The notes below the pieces were generated by a model. The model did not search any database. It saw only the letters and a list, made by a program, of their open reading frames with translations, and had not been told where the DNA came from. Both the position numbers and the translations under genes were made by a program. DNA of 64,000 nucleotides from an uncultured Anaerolineaceae bacterium (GTDB lineage: Bacteria; Chloroflexota; Anaerolineae; Anaerolineales; E44-bin32): assembly GCA_964475265.1 (NCBI GenBank), contig CAYYVY010000003.1, positions 1,500 through 65,499 of the forward strand. The letters are read 5' to 3'. Each line of letters opens with the position of its first letter. Position 1 is the first letter of the stretch. Shown here piece by piece: positions 17,785-28,700 of this stretch.

Positions 17785-17958
17785 CTATAGGTTTGCGATG
17801 ACGTTACTATACATGTTCCCCACTGCGCCGCCAAAAAGGGCCAGTACCACGATCACGATGATCGCCACCAGAACGAGGATCAGCGCATATTCTACGAGCC
17901 CCTGACCGCGTGGGAAAGAATATAATGAACGAAGACTTCGATAATATAAATTTTGCAT
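17785..17958 (-). CDS. flp: Flp family type IVb pilin precursor
   Basis: 57 aa from MQNLYY.... The motif FPRG/QGLVEYALILVLVAIIVIVV has Gly, then E at +5 and Y at +6, followed by a hydrophobic helix. This is the Flp prepilin processing motif. Confidence 0.75.
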   Translation of the reverse strand: MQNLYYRSLRSLYSFPRGQGLVEYALILVLVAIIVIVVLALFGGAVGNMYSNVIANL

Positions 17959-18078
17959 AATATTAAGTATAGTATACGGTCGCAAAGCGGAATAACTCAA
18001 TAGTATTCCAGTGTAGGGTGTCATCCGGGGAGATTGGCGAGTTCTACCGGTTTACGAAGGAAGCGGGAAGGAGGAATC

Positions 18079-18399
18079 GTGCACAAGTTGATGCTCATTT
18101 TCCGGCGACCGGAGGATTTATCGACTTTCGAAACCCGTTGGAGCCACGATTTTGTACGGGCGGCGGAGAAAATGCCGGGGATCCGCCGTGTGACGGTGAG
18201 TCGGATCAATGGAGGCCTTGCTGAAGCGGTTGACTTCCATCTCGTGCATGAATTCTACTTTGATAACGCAGAATCGATGCGGCGAGCAATGGCTTCGTCG
18301 AGCGGACAGAACGCCGGAAGGATCCTGATGTCCTTTGCCGCAGACATCGTTACGCTTTGTTACGCCGAACATTGGGAAGATGATCTTGAACGATCGTAG
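18079..18399 (+). CDS. EthD family reductase-like protein
   Basis: GTG at 18079 lies 7 nt after GGAGGA. HKLMLIFRRPEDLSTFETRWSHDFVRAAEKMPGIRRVTV is the EthD/TIGR02118 pattern. Confidence 0.6.
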   Translation: MHKLMLIFRRPEDLSTFETRWSHDFVRAAEKMPGIRRVTVSRINGGLAEAVDFHLVHEFYFDNAESMRRAMASSSGQNAGRILMSFAADIVTLCYAEHWEDDLERS

Positions 18400-18452
18400 C
18401 CGGGTTGTATCTCGAGACACAGCAGCTCCGACAGAATGGAAGCGGAAGAGGA

Positions 18453-18938
18453 ATGATGCTGACTCCGGATGATTTGAGAGCGTTCATTGAGAAGAACAAC
18501 GTCGATGCGCAGGTGATCGTCCTTCCTGTGGCGACGCCAACCGTAGAGGACGCCGCACAGGCCGTCGGCACTTCCTCGAGCCAGATCGTGAAGAGCCTGC
18601 TCTTTTTAGCCGATGAAGAACCGGTGTTGGCCGTTGCCTGTGGAAAGGATCGAATCGATCGCCGCCCGATCGGCAGGCATTTCGGGATTGGGCGTAAACG
18701 CGTGAAGATGGCCGACGCCGATGCGGTCTTGAAGTTCTCGGGCTACCCGATTGGGGCGGTGCCGCCTTTTGGGTTGCCCGAGCAGCCGGTGACGCTCATC
18801 GATGTGCGTCTTTTCGAACATGAGGTCGTCTACGCCGGAGGCGGGGACATTCATGCGCTCATAAAAGTACATCCTCGGGAAATTGAGCGAGTGACGCACG
18901 GGATTCGGTTGGACCTTCTCAACCTCGGTGAGCGTTGA
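18453..18938 (+). CDS. YbaK/EbsC-type aminoacyl-tRNA deacylase domain protein
   Basis: TVEDAAQAVG...IVKSLLF...GYPIGAVPPFGL...IDV.L......YAGGG is the YbaK/ProX editing-domain pattern. Confidence 0.7.
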   Translation: MMLTPDDLRAFIEKNNVDAQVIVLPVATPTVEDAAQAVGTSSSQIVKSLLFLADEEPVLAVACGKDRIDRRPIGRHFGIGRKRVKMADADAVLKFSGYPIGAVPPFGLPEQPVTLIDVRLFEHEVVYAGGGDIHALIKVHPREIERVTHGIRLDLLNLGER

Positions 18939-18939
18939 A

Positions 18940-19644
18940 ATGAAAAGGCCCCTGGGTTTGGGTATTTCGCTGGTCGTTGTGGTCGTGCTCGTTGCGGCTT
19001 ATTACGTCTATCAAGGTTACCAATCTTCTTCCGGCCGGATGCAGCGATTGCGAAAATACTGGCAAAATCCCGAAGCGCAGCGCGAGGGCGTGATCCATGC
19101 GGGAGAGCGATGCGGCGAGGCGCCTTTCATCATGCCCACAGACGGGTTGATTGGCTTCGTGTGGGGAGATTCCTTTCGGCCCGGGCACACCCATCAAGGA
19201 CTGGATATATTCGGTGCGGACGGCTTGGGACGCACGCCGGTCGTGGCGGCGTACGATGCCTATCTGACGCGGCTGCCCGATTGGCGATCTTCGATCATTC
19301 TACGCATCGAATCCGATCCGCTTCAACCGACACGGCAAATCTGGCTCTACTATACGCATATGGCGGATGCGCAAGGGAATTCGTTTATTGTGGACACTTT
19401 TCCGCCGGGAACGTACGATCAATTCGTCGAAGCGGGAACGCTGTTGGGGTATCAGGGCAATTATTCGGCCGACCCCGATAACCCCACCGGCATCCATCTG
19501 CATTTCTCCATCGTGAAGGACGACGGAGAGAGGAATTTCAAAAACGAATTGGTGTTCAATAACACAATCGATCCTTCGCCGTATCTGGGCCTGCAGCTCA
19601 ACGCCGATGAGCTGGGCGACGGGGACATCACCTGCACTGACTGA
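18940..19644 (+). CDS. M23 family metallopeptidase (membrane-anchored)
   Basis: N-terminal TM helix, HTHQGLDIF (HxxxD) and GIHLHFSI (HxH). Confidence 0.75.
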   Translation: MKRPLGLGISLVVVVVLVAAYYVYQGYQSSSGRMQRLRKYWQNPEAQREGVIHAGERCGEAPFIMPTDGLIGFVWGDSFRPGHTHQGLDIFGADGLGRTPVVAAYDAYLTRLPDWRSSIILRIESDPLQPTRQIWLYYTHMADAQGNSFIVDTFPPGTYDQFVEAGTLLGYQGNYSADPDNPTGIHLHFSIVKDDGERNFKNELVFNNTIDPSPYLGLQLNADELGDGDITCTD

Positions 19645-19812
19645 CGTTGGACGTGCGGAATCGGCTGTGGCCGTAAATCGAATTCGAGCCTATCATTGTG
19701 GCGTTCGGATGCGATGAAGTCTTCGCTACATCGTAGTCGTGCGTTCGAATTTCCTGTGTTGAGATGCGAAAGCGAAGCGGATCAACGATCTCAAAGGGAC
19801 GTCATTCGAGAA

Positions 19813-20613
19813 ATGCCTTCCTACCGTGACATGATCCACACTTTCCGAGAATTGGAGCTTGGCCCTCACAGCCGTGTCCTGCTGCATGCTTCTCCAGCTG
19901 CGTTGCCGCCGATCCCCGGAGGTGCGGAAACCATTATCGGTGCGCTGCTGTCGACCTGCGAAACCATAATTGCGCCAGCGTTTACGCTGCGTTCGATGGT
20001 CACGCCTGGTGTGGGACCCGAGGACAATGCCTTGGATTACGGAGAAGATGAAGATCGGAATCTCGAGGCCGAGCTCTTCAGCGCAGATTTACCTGCGGAT
20101 GAAGGCCCCGGCAGCATCCCGGAGGCTCTGCGCGAACACCAGGATGCGCTGCGTTCCCGGCACCCCCTGCTTTCCTTCGTGGGCGTGAACGCCGTGGAGG
20201 CTTTGCAAGCGCAGACCATTGATGAGCCATGGGCACCCATCGCCTGGTTAGCGGAATATGATGCCGATGTGGTCATGCTAGGCGTCGATCACACGAGCAA
20301 CGTGAGTCTGCATTATGCGGAGATGAAAGCCGGCCGGCGTCAATTCGTCCGATGGGCGTTGACGCCAAACGCGGTAGTCGAGTGCCCGGGATTTCCGGGT
20401 TGTTCCGCTGGTTTTCAGACGGTCGCTTCGCGTTTACAGAGCATCAGCCGCACGATGCGGCTGGGTGAGGCGACGATCGAGGCGATCCCGCTGCGGGACA
20501 TGGTCAACATTGTCGTGGGCTGGATTCATGAAGACCCTCGCGCCTTGTTGTGCGACCGGAAGGGCTGCCCGCGCTGCGCCGCAGTTCGAGCCTCGGTGCG
20601 CCTCGACGGATGA
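19813..20613 (+). CDS. AAC(3)-family (aminoglycoside 3-N-acetyltransferase-like) protein
   Basis: VLLHASPAAL..IPGGAETIIGALL.....IIAPAFT, RSRHPLLSF and SNVSLHYAEM follow the AAC(3) fold motif order. Substrate unknown. Confidence 0.5.
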   Translation: MPSYRDMIHTFRELELGPHSRVLLHASPAALPPIPGGAETIIGALLSTCETIIAPAFTLRSMVTPGVGPEDNALDYGEDEDRNLEAELFSADLPADEGPGSIPEALREHQDALRSRHPLLSFVGVNAVEALQAQTIDEPWAPIAWLAEYDADVVMLGVDHTSNVSLHYAEMKAGRRQFVRWALTPNAVVECPGFPGCSAGFQTVASRLQSISRTMRLGEATIEAIPLRDMVNIVVGWIHEDPRALLCDRKGCPRCAAVRASVRLDG

Positions 20614-20842
20614 CGATGTCGTCTCGATCGCAACGCGATGTGGCTGAGGAAAAGTACGAAAAGATGCTCTGTTCCTTTGCAGAAGGGAACGAAGCGGGAC
20701 GGGAAATCGTCGCAGAAATAAGCTTCGGTTTGCTGCGGACGCCCCTTTTTGGGCGCTGAAACGATACGACTTTCGATTTCCTAACAAGGTCGCAATCCGT
20801 GGTAATATTTGATTGATAAAATCCACTTGGTTTCTTGCAGAG

Positions 20843-21238
20843 ATGACAGAACCCGAAAAAATCACCATTGTTGAAGGCCCAACCCCCACATTCGAACTGG
20901 TATCCGATCCCTGGCTGCACAGCATAATCGAGAGTCCGCTTCCATCCCGTGTGGCGATGTGCCGCGTGCGCGCTTTCAATGGGCCCGCATTGGTCGAACG
21001 CTGCTACCGCGCCTGGCACGCCGGTGAACCCATCTATCTCGAATATCGGGATGAAGAAGGCCTGACCGATCAAGCCAGCATCATTGCCGTGCGTTGGGTG
21101 GAACAACAAGAAGGGGACACGCTCTTCCTTTGGGTGCGGTTGGAAGAAAGCGAAATCGAGATCGAATTTGACATCGATCTGGATGATTTCGATTTCGACG
21201 ATGACTCTGAAGATACCGATCTGGGTTCCCTCTTTTAA
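20843..21238 (+). CDS. hypothetical protein with acidic C-terminal tail
   Basis: 131 aa from MTEPEKITIVEG, with a C-terminal EIEFDIDLDDFDFDDDSEDTD. Preferred over the overlapping antisense ORF 20504-21304, whose composition is not protein-like. Confidence 0.45.
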   Translation: MTEPEKITIVEGPTPTFELVSDPWLHSIIESPLPSRVAMCRVRAFNGPALVERCYRAWHAGEPIYLEYRDEEGLTDQASIIAVRWVEQQEGDTLFLWVRLEESEIEIEFDIDLDDFDFDDDSEDTDLGSLF

Positions 21239-21300
21239 TGGCCCGAGCTGCCTTGCGAGGCAGCCCGGGTAAAGCGCATTATCCATGGCGTTCGATCGTT

Positions 21301-23079
21301 TCAATCGATGGCGGCTCCCAAACGGCTGCGCTCCTCCTCCGCGATAGAATCATCCAATTTTTTGAACAACGGTTTTGGCTTTTGGAACTTGCGTCCGGCT
21401 TCGAGTTCGCTCGCTGCCCAGCGCCCCGTAGCAGTTGAGGGGTCATAGACGAGCGCCTCGTGCGGGCGGGATGATTCCTGAAAGCTTTCGATGTGCTGCT
21501 CGCCGAAGATGGGCTTTTCGTATCCCAGGCTGGTATGCAGGCGTTCGCTGCTGAAAGGCAGGAAAGGTGCCAACAAAACCTTCAATGAGTCGATGGCCCG
21601 TAGCGCGGTATAGACCGTTGTGGCTGCGCTCGCCTTGTCCTCCTTGATTACGCCAAACCAGGGCGCACGATCGAGATACCCGTTGACCTCCCGCGCCAGC
21701 CGCATCGCTTCCTGAAGCGCGGCGCGCAGTTTCACCGCCTCGATATGCTCCCCCACGCTATCGAAGCCGGATTCGATTTCTGCCAGTAAGGCGCGATCTT
21801 CTGATCGCAATTCCCCTGGTTCGGGAATGACTCCGTCCCAATGCTTGTAGGCAAACGAGAGCACGCGATTGGCGAGATTGCCCCACGTGGCGACAAGTTC
21901 GTCGTTGTTGCGACGCACGAAATCGTCCCAGGAAAAGTCGCTGTCGCGAGTCTCCGGCATTACCGCGGCCACGTAGTAGCGGATGGCATCGGCGTCGTAT
22001 CTTTCCATAATGTCCGGCAGCCAGATGGCCCAGTTGCGGCTTTTGCTGAATTGGGCGCCTTCGATGTTCATGAATTCGTTGGCGGGGACGTCGTAGGGCA
22101 GGTTGAGACGCAGGTTCTCGTCGTCCTCGTACAAGCGTTCGACGCCGAGCAATTCTGCCTGCCAGAACAGCGTGTGGAAGGGAATGTTGTCCTTGCCGAT
22201 GAAACAATAACCGTGCGCAGCCGGATCGTACCACCACGCTTTCCAGGCCTCCGGCTGCTCCAAGTTGTGGGCCCACTCCACGGAGGCGGAAAAGTACCCC
22301 ATTACGGCTTCGAACCAGACGTAGAGGCGTTTATCGTCCCAGCCGTCAAGCGGCACCGGGATGCCCCAGTCGATATCGCGCGTCACGGCGCGTCCCTTCA
22401 AACCGCCTTCGACGTAATTGCGGGCGAAGTTGATCACATTGGGACGCCAGTGGTCGGCATGTTCTTGCATGTAAGCCAGGAGGCGATCGCTGAAGGCGGG
22501 CAGATCGAGATAGAAGTGTTCTGTCTCACGCACGACCGGCGTGCTGCCGTCGGTCTTGCTGCGGGGATCGATCAATTCCAATGCGTCGAGCAAGTTGCCG
22601 CAGTTGTCGCATTGATCGCCGCGCGCTTCTTTGTATCCGCAGATCGGGCATGTGCCCTCCACATAGCGGTCCGGCAGAAAGCGGTCTTCGCTTTCGGAAT
22701 ATAACTGCTCCTGCGTTTGGCGATAAAGATATTCTTCCTCGAGCAAGCGGGTGAAGAAATCCTGGGCTATGCGATGGTGGTTCTCGGTGTCCGTGTGCGT
22801 GAACAGATCGTAGCTGATGCCAATCGCTTTCTGCGTCTCCAAGAAGCGGTGATGATAGTGTTCGAACAGCTCTCGCGAACTGATCCCACGTCGGTCGGCT
22901 TCGATGCTGATGGGCGTGCCGTGCGCGTCGGAGCCGGAGACCATGAGTACGCGGTTGCCCTTCAAACGATGGTAGCGCGCAAATATATCGGCGGGCAGGT
23001 ACGCACCAGCCAGATGCCCCACGTGCAGGTCGCCGTTGGCGTACGGCCAGGCGACGGAAATGTGAATCAGATCGGACAT
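21301..23079 (-). CDS. metG: methionine--tRNA ligase
   Basis: Start at MSDLIHISVAWPYANGDLHVGHLAG (HIGH-type motif) with AGGAG upstream. Zn knuckle CPICG...CDNCG. KMSKS variant FSKSRN. The 71-aa upstream extension in the ORF track is rejected. Confidence 0.95.
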   Translation of the reverse strand: MSDLIHISVAWPYANGDLHVGHLAGAYLPADIFARYHRLKGNRVLMVSGSDAHGTPISIEADRRGISSRELFEHYHHRFLETQKAIGISYDLFTHTDTENHHRIAQDFFTRLLEEEYLYRQTQEQLYSESEDRFLPDRYVEGTCPICGYKEARGDQCDNCGNLLDALELIDPRSKTDGSTPVVRETEHFYLDLPAFSDRLLAYMQEHADHWRPNVINFARNYVEGGLKGRAVTRDIDWGIPVPLDGWDDKRLYVWFEAVMGYFSASVEWAHNLEQPEAWKAWWYDPAAHGYCFIGKDNIPFHTLFWQAELLGVERLYEDDENLRLNLPYDVPANEFMNIEGAQFSKSRNWAIWLPDIMERYDADAIRYYVAAVMPETRDSDFSWDDFVRRNNDELVATWGNLANRVLSFAYKHWDGVIPEPGELRSEDRALLAEIESGFDSVGEHIEAVKLRAALQEAMRLAREVNGYLDRAPWFGVIKEDKASAATTVYTALRAIDSLKVLLAPFLPFSSERLHTSLGYEKPIFGEQHIESFQESSRPHEALVYDPSTATGRWAASELEAGRKFQKPKPLFKKLDDSIAEEERSRLGAAID

Positions 23080-23197
23080 GATTAACTCCTCGATGCGCTT
23101 GCACGCCTTTGCATGCCAGGCATCTCGTTCAAGTATAAACCGGGGGTGAGCATACCACACTTCCTGCGCGAGATTAACTCGGGCTGCGCGCCGCCCG

Positions 23198-23229
23198 GAA
23201 AACGAAAACGCCAGCTCTATCGCTGGCGC
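23198..23229 (-). terminator. intrinsic terminator-like hairpin 120 nt upstream of metG
   Basis: Minus strand: CGCCAGC-GATAGA-GCTGGCG followed by TTTTCGTTTTC. Confidence 0.5.
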
Positions 23230-23431
23230 TGATGGGCTGCCGGGGCTGGCGGCGTCCCCGATGTCTGCTGTTTCAGCAGGAGGCGCGGCCACTCCAAGCC
23301 GATGGTTCGCGCACCACCGGCGACGGCAGCTCAGACATGCGCATGGATTGCTGTGCTTTGAACATCGTTATCCCCGAGGTCGACCTATAAGAATTCGGCC
23401 TCAAATTCGTTTCTTTATTGTACCAATACTG

Positions 23432-23767
23432 TCAAGCGAGTTGATCACATTTCGCGGCAAAGATGAAGTCGGCTTCGCTGAGTCCGCCGATGGAGTGGGT
23501 CCAGAGGGTAATTTTTGCTTTGCCCCAGGTCAGGCAGATCTCAGGATGGTGATTAACCTTTTCGGCCAATTCCCCCACGGCGTTGGTGAAGTCGAGCGCT
23601 TCTTGAAAATCGGCGAATTTATAGACCTTTTCCAGATGGTCCTCATTGATGACCTGCCAATCGTCCCCGAGTTGGTCGTGCATGGCGTGCAGCTCATCAC
23701 CTCGCAATGGTGCGGCGTCCTTTGCGGGCAACTTGAGTTCTCTTCGTGCGAGTTCGGACATCATCAA
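23432..23767 (-). CDS. 4a-hydroxytetrahydrobiopterin (pterin-4a-carbinolamine) dehydratase
   Basis: FADFQEALDFTNAVGELAEKVNHHPEICLTWGKAKITLWTHSIGGLSEADF is the PCD/DCoH signature. Confidence 0.85.
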   Translation of the reverse strand: MMMSELARRELKLPAKDAAPLRGDELHAMHDQLGDDWQVINEDHLEKVYKFADFQEALDFTNAVGELAEKVNHHPEICLTWGKAKITLWTHSIGGLSEADFIFAAKCDQLA

Positions 23768-23829
23768 CTCCAGTTGAACTAGACAAATATTATCTAGATT
23801 CTATCATGCGGACTTTTATTTCTGTGAGG

Positions 23830-25725
23830 CTATTCCGATTGACGGATGGCTTCGATGATGTCGGCGGCGAGATCGTAGCGGTGGAAGGGCGGCATGAGGT
23901 AGACGCCCTGTACGATCGCGGAAAGAGATTCGAGCAATTCGACGGCGAGGCGTACGCCTTCCTGCGGCGCCCGGTCGCCCGCATCCGCGATTTGCCGGCG
24001 GATCGGCTCGGGGATCTGGATGCCCGGCACCTCGTTGTGCAGGAATGCGGCGTGGCGCGAGCCGTAGAGCGGCAGCACACCCACGAGCAGCGATAATTCC
24101 AATGGCCCATATTGTTTTTCGTATGCCTCGATGAAGACTTGGGCCAATTCGGGTTCGTAGACCGGTTGGGTGAGGGCGAAATCGGCGCCGGCGTCGATCT
24201 TCTTGCGCAGCATGCGCATCTCACGTTCGGGGTCCTGGGCGCACAGGTTTAAGGCACACCCGACGAAGAACGAAGTGGCTTCTCCGATGTCGGCCCCGGT
24301 GTGGTCCACGCCGCTGTTGAGTTCTTGTTTGATCAGCTTGATCAAGCCGGAGGGCACGAGGTCGTAATCGTCCATCGCCTCGGGGTAATCGCCGATTGCC
24401 GTGGGATCCCCCAGGACGACGAAGATATTGCGCACATCGAGGGCGTGCGCCGCGAGCAGGTCGCCCTGGACGCGCAGCAGATTCCGGCCGCGCGTCGGGA
24501 AGTGCAGCACGGATTCGATGCCCACTTCTCGCTGGATCAAATTACACACGGCCCAGGGACTCATGCGCATGCGCGCCATGGGGCTGTCGGCCACGTTGAT
24601 CACGTCGGCGCCGGCTTCGGCGAGCAACGATGCGCTGGCGAGCAGCTTGTGGGTGGAGAAGCCGCGCGGAGGGTCCATCTCGACTGAAATCACGAAGTGT
24701 TGCGATGCCAATTTCGAGGCGAGTTCGGTCGGCTCTGGTGACGCCATCGCCGTTTCTGGTTTGCCATCTGCGCCTGTGGAAGACGGTGATTCGATGCAGG
24801 GCGATTCCATGCTGTCCAGGGCGCTGCGCATGGCAGCGATGTGTTCCGGTGTGGTTCCACAGCAGCCGCCGATGATGGAGGCGCCCGCTTCACAAAAGGC
24901 GCGGGCATAATCGCCGAAGTAATCCGCCGTGGCGGGATACATGATGCGTCCAGAGACGCGTTCCGGCCAGCCAGCGTTGGGCATCACGCAGAAATGTGCT
25001 TCGGGCACCGCCCGGCGCATTTGGCGCAGGATGCGCAGCAGCTGCGCCGGCCCGCTGGAACAGTTGGCGCCGATGACGTCGGCGCCGTAGCCCGCCAAGC
25101 GCCTGGCGGCTTGTGTGGGACGGTCGCCCAGCAGCGTGCGGTCGTCGCGCGTGTAGGTAACCGAGGCGATAATAGGTACGTCGCCGATGTCCTTGGCGGC
25201 GCGAATGGCTTGATGAACCTCTTCGAGATCGTTGTGGGTTTCGATGAGCACCACGTCCACGCCCGCCTCCACCAGGGCTTCGATCTGTTCGTGAAACGCT
25301 TGATAAGCCTGCTCGGGTTTCACGCGGCCGAAGGGCGCCATGTGAACGCCCAACGGTCCTACACTGCCGGTCAGAAGTACCTCCTTGAAGGACGCCTCGA
25401 TCACCCGCCGGGCGAGTTGGACGGCGGCAGCGTTGATCTCCGCAACGCGGTCCTCTAAGCCGTGGACGGCGAGTTTGTAACGGTTGGCACCGAAGGTGTT
25501 GGTCTCGATCAACTCCGCGCCGGCGTCGATGTACTCACGATGGATCTCGGCGATTATGGCCGGCTGGATGAGATTGTATTCATCGAAGCATGTTTCGAGA
25601 GATATGCCTTTAACGTGCAGCATGGTGCCCATCGCGCCGTCGGCAAGAACGGGGTTTTTTCGTTCGAGCCAGTGTTGAAAGAGTTCTTTGTCTGCCATTT
25701 TCGTCTCGTTGGATGGTTTCGACAT
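23830..25725 (-). CDS. bifunctional homocysteine S-methyltransferase / 5,10-methylenetetrahydrofolate reductase (YitJ-like)
   Basis: 631 aa. The N-terminal Hcy-binding domain (DGAMGT..., GGCCGTTPEHI) is fused to a C-terminal MetF-like TIM barrel (ISVEMDPP...). Confidence 0.85.
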   Translation of the reverse strand: MSKPSNETKMADKELFQHWLERKNPVLADGAMGTMLHVKGISLETCFDEYNLIQPAIIAEIHREYIDAGAELIETNTFGANRYKLAVHGLEDRVAEINAAAVQLARRVIEASFKEVLLTGSVGPLGVHMAPFGRVKPEQAYQAFHEQIEALVEAGVDVVLIETHNDLEEVHQAIRAAKDIGDVPIIASVTYTRDDRTLLGDRPTQAARRLAGYGADVIGANCSSGPAQLLRILRQMRRAVPEAHFCVMPNAGWPERVSGRIMYPATADYFGDYARAFCEAGASIIGGCCGTTPEHIAAMRSALDSMESPCIESPSSTGADGKPETAMASPEPTELASKLASQHFVISVEMDPPRGFSTHKLLASASLLAEAGADVINVADSPMARMRMSPWAVCNLIQREVGIESVLHFPTRGRNLLRVQGDLLAAHALDVRNIFVVLGDPTAIGDYPEAMDDYDLVPSGLIKLIKQELNSGVDHTGADIGEATSFFVGCALNLCAQDPEREMRMLRKKIDAGADFALTQPVYEPELAQVFIEAYEKQYGPLELSLLVGVLPLYGSRHAAFLHNEVPGIQIPEPIRRQIADAGDRAPQEGVRLAVELLESLSAIVQGVYLMPPFHRYDLAADIIEAIRQSE

Positions 25726-25741
25726 GCCAGCGTGGGGCGGA

Positions 25742-28700
25742 TTATACCTCGTCCAATAATTGCTCTACGCGGCTCACGCCGACGCTGTAGTACTTCGCTT
25801 TTGGATGATGCAGGATGATCGCCGCGGTCGACTGTTCGGGAATCAGTTGATAGGCCGCGGAGAGCTGCATGCCCAAGGACTGCTGCGCAGGTAACAATTC
25901 GAACACCTTGGCGTGATCCTCGAGTTCGGGGATCGCCGGATATCCCCAGGAATAGCGTTTTCCCTGCCCCTCGGCAAGGCCCAGTTCGCGACTGATGTGT
26001 CGATGCAGATACTCAGCAGTCGCCTCCGCCGTTTGCACCGCCAGACCGTGCGTGAAGTAACTCTCGCTGTAATCCCCGGCTTGCTGCAGCTCGTTGATGT
26101 GGTCGCTGGCCTGCGCACCGACTGTCACGACCTGAAAGGCGACCACATCCATCCTGCCGCTTTCTACAGAAGCGAAGTAGTCACTGAGGCAGAGGCGCTC
26201 GCCATCCGGCTGGCGGGGAAAATGAAAACGCGTGAGGATTTGCGGCTGTCCGTCTTCGAACGTTTGGGGATCGTAGATCAGCAGTTCGTCTTCTTGCGCC
26301 TGCGCCGGCCAGTAACCGTACACGCCCTGGGGTTTCAACCAACCTTCTTTCAAAGCTTGTTTCTGCATGCGCTGGAGACGATCTTCGAATTCACTTTCCA
26401 ACGTATCCCATTCCTCGCCGCGCGTGTTCTTGGCGCCCCAGGAGAGACGAAAGAGCTCGTTCTTGAAAAGGTGCTGGAATACGATTTCCAGCGGCATTTC
26501 TTCCACAACGCGCGGCCCCCAATGTGGCGCTGTGGGGATTTCCTCGGCCAATTCCACGTCGGATGTGCCAGTCCTAGGCTTTCGCACCCGGGGCGGCCGG
26601 CTGATTTCGCGCTCCGCTTCCGCAAGACGATCGGCGACCAGCCGGGCGCGTTGATCGGGATGCTGCAGTTGGTCCATGACGCTGAGCCCCTCGAAGGCAT
26701 CCTTGCAGTAGAAAACCCCCGGGGCATAGGCTGGGCCGTCTTCGGTGAAGAGGATGCGCCGCCCGAAGCGACGGTTGATCGCCGCGCCGCCAATCAACAC
26801 GGGAAATTCCAATCTGCGGCGTTGCAGCTCGTTGACAATCAAGGGCATTTGCTTGCTGGTGCTCACGAGCAGGGCGCTCAAACCAATGGCATCGGCGCTG
26901 ACTTCGACAGCTTTGTCGATGATCACGTTGGCGGGCACCTGTTTGCCGAGATCGTAAACTTGATAGCCGTTGTTAGCGAGAATGGTTTTGACCAGATTCT
27001 TGCCGATGTCGTGCACGTCCCCGTATACAGTGGCTAGAACGATGCTGCCTTTGGAAACCCCCTCCTGGCGCTCGAGGAAGGTCTCGACGTGCGAGACGGC
27101 CAGCTTCATCACCTCCGCCGACTGCAGCACGAAGGGCAAAATCAGTTCGCCTGCGCCAAAACGGTCACCGACTTCCTTCATGGCCGGCAGAAGCACGGTA
27201 TTAAGCATCTCCACCGCGCCTTGCGCTTTGTCTTCTGCGGAGAAATCCGAGAGGATTTCGTCGATGTCGGCTTGCACACCTTCCTTGTGGCGGTGCAGGA
27301 TGCGCCAGTGAATGCGCTCCTGGGCGGTCATGTCTGCGGTGGGATCGATGCTGGTTTCCGCTGTAACGACCACCAATTCAAAGTGCTCGATCAGGCGCTG
27401 CAAGGCGTCCGCACGTCGGTTGAAAATCAAATCCTCTGCCAACTGGCGCTCCGCTTCCGGAATCTCCATGTACGGGGTGATGTGCGCCGGGTTGACGATG
27501 GCCATGTCCAGACCGGCCTGCACGCAGTGGTAGAGCATGACGCTGTTGAGCACAGCCCTGGCCGGCTTGCTCAAACCGAAGGATACGTTGGAGACTCCGA
27601 GGGAAGTGAATACGCCGGGGAGTTCGGCTTTGATACGGCGAATGCCTTCAATGGTCTCGGTGGCCGAATCGGCGAATTCGGGATCCCCGGTGGCCAGTGT
27701 GAAGGTCAGGGCATCGAAGATCAAGTCCTCGGGCCGCAAGCCGATTTCGTCTACTGCGAGAGCGAGTATCTTCTTGGCGATTTCGAGTTTACGCTCGGCC
27801 GTTTTGGCCATGCCGGCTTCGTCGATGGTGAGGGCGATCACCGCGGCGCCGTGATCGAGGGCCATCCGCAGCACGCTTTCGATCTTCTCTCGGCCGGACT
27901 CGAGGTTAACCGAGTTGAGCACGCAGCGTCCCGGGGCGGCTTTCAACGCCGCCCGCATGACGTCTGGTTCGGTAGAGTCGATCACCAGCGGCGCTTCGAC
28001 ACTCATGGATAACTTGTGCACGATCTGCTGCATCGTGTCGGCTTCGTCGTCGCGCTCGGTCAGCGCCACGCACACGTCCAGGGCGTGGGCGCCGCGTGCG
28101 ATCTGCTGGCGCCCGAGCGTCACGATGGCGTCGATGTCCCTGGTAAGGATCCATTCTTTCGCCTTGCGCGAACCCTGGGTGTTGATGCGTTCTCCAATGA
28201 GCAGCGGCGGCGGCTCTTGACGCATGGCGATGGATTGCAGTGCGGAGGAGAGCCGCGCCGGGGATTGCGCCGGCCTGGGAGGATGGTCTCGGCCGTGCAG
28301 CGCCTCGACGAGCGGTTTGAGGTGAGTGGGCGTCGTTCCACAACAGCCGCCGACGATACTGATGTTGTGTTTCTCGACAAAATCCAGCATATCCGCCACG
28401 AATGGATCGGGTTCGAGCGGATACACCGCCTCGCCGTCCACGTTGAGTGGAAGTCCGGCGTTGGGGATGCAGGACACCGGCAGGGCGGCATGTTCGCCCA
28501 GGTAGCGGATCGGTTCGCGCATATGTTCGGGCCCTGTGGAGCAGTTCAAGCCGATCACGTCTATCGGCAGGTGCTCGAGGGTGGTCAACGCGGCCGAAAT
28601 GTCGGTGCCCAGCAGCATGCGCCCGGAGGTGTCCAGCGTGACCTGGGCCTGGATGGGGAGCAACTCCCCGGTTTCTTCGAAAGCCTTGTGAATGCCGTGG

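Noticed and set aside
20504-21304. 266-aa minus-strand ORF spanning the AAC(3)-like gene end and the 20843-21238 gene.
   Set aside because: There are no motifs and the composition is odd. It overlaps two plus-strand ORFs, and the plus-strand 131-aa product looks more protein-like. Neither has strong support.
23308-23318. T-box-like GGTGGTGCGCG (minus strand) upstream of metG, with ATG codons nearby as a possible specifier.
   Set aside because: It is one nucleotide short of the T-box core and lies about 100 nt from the terminator hairpin instead of overlapping an antiterminator. No Stem I, specifier-loop or GA-motif architecture can be drawn.
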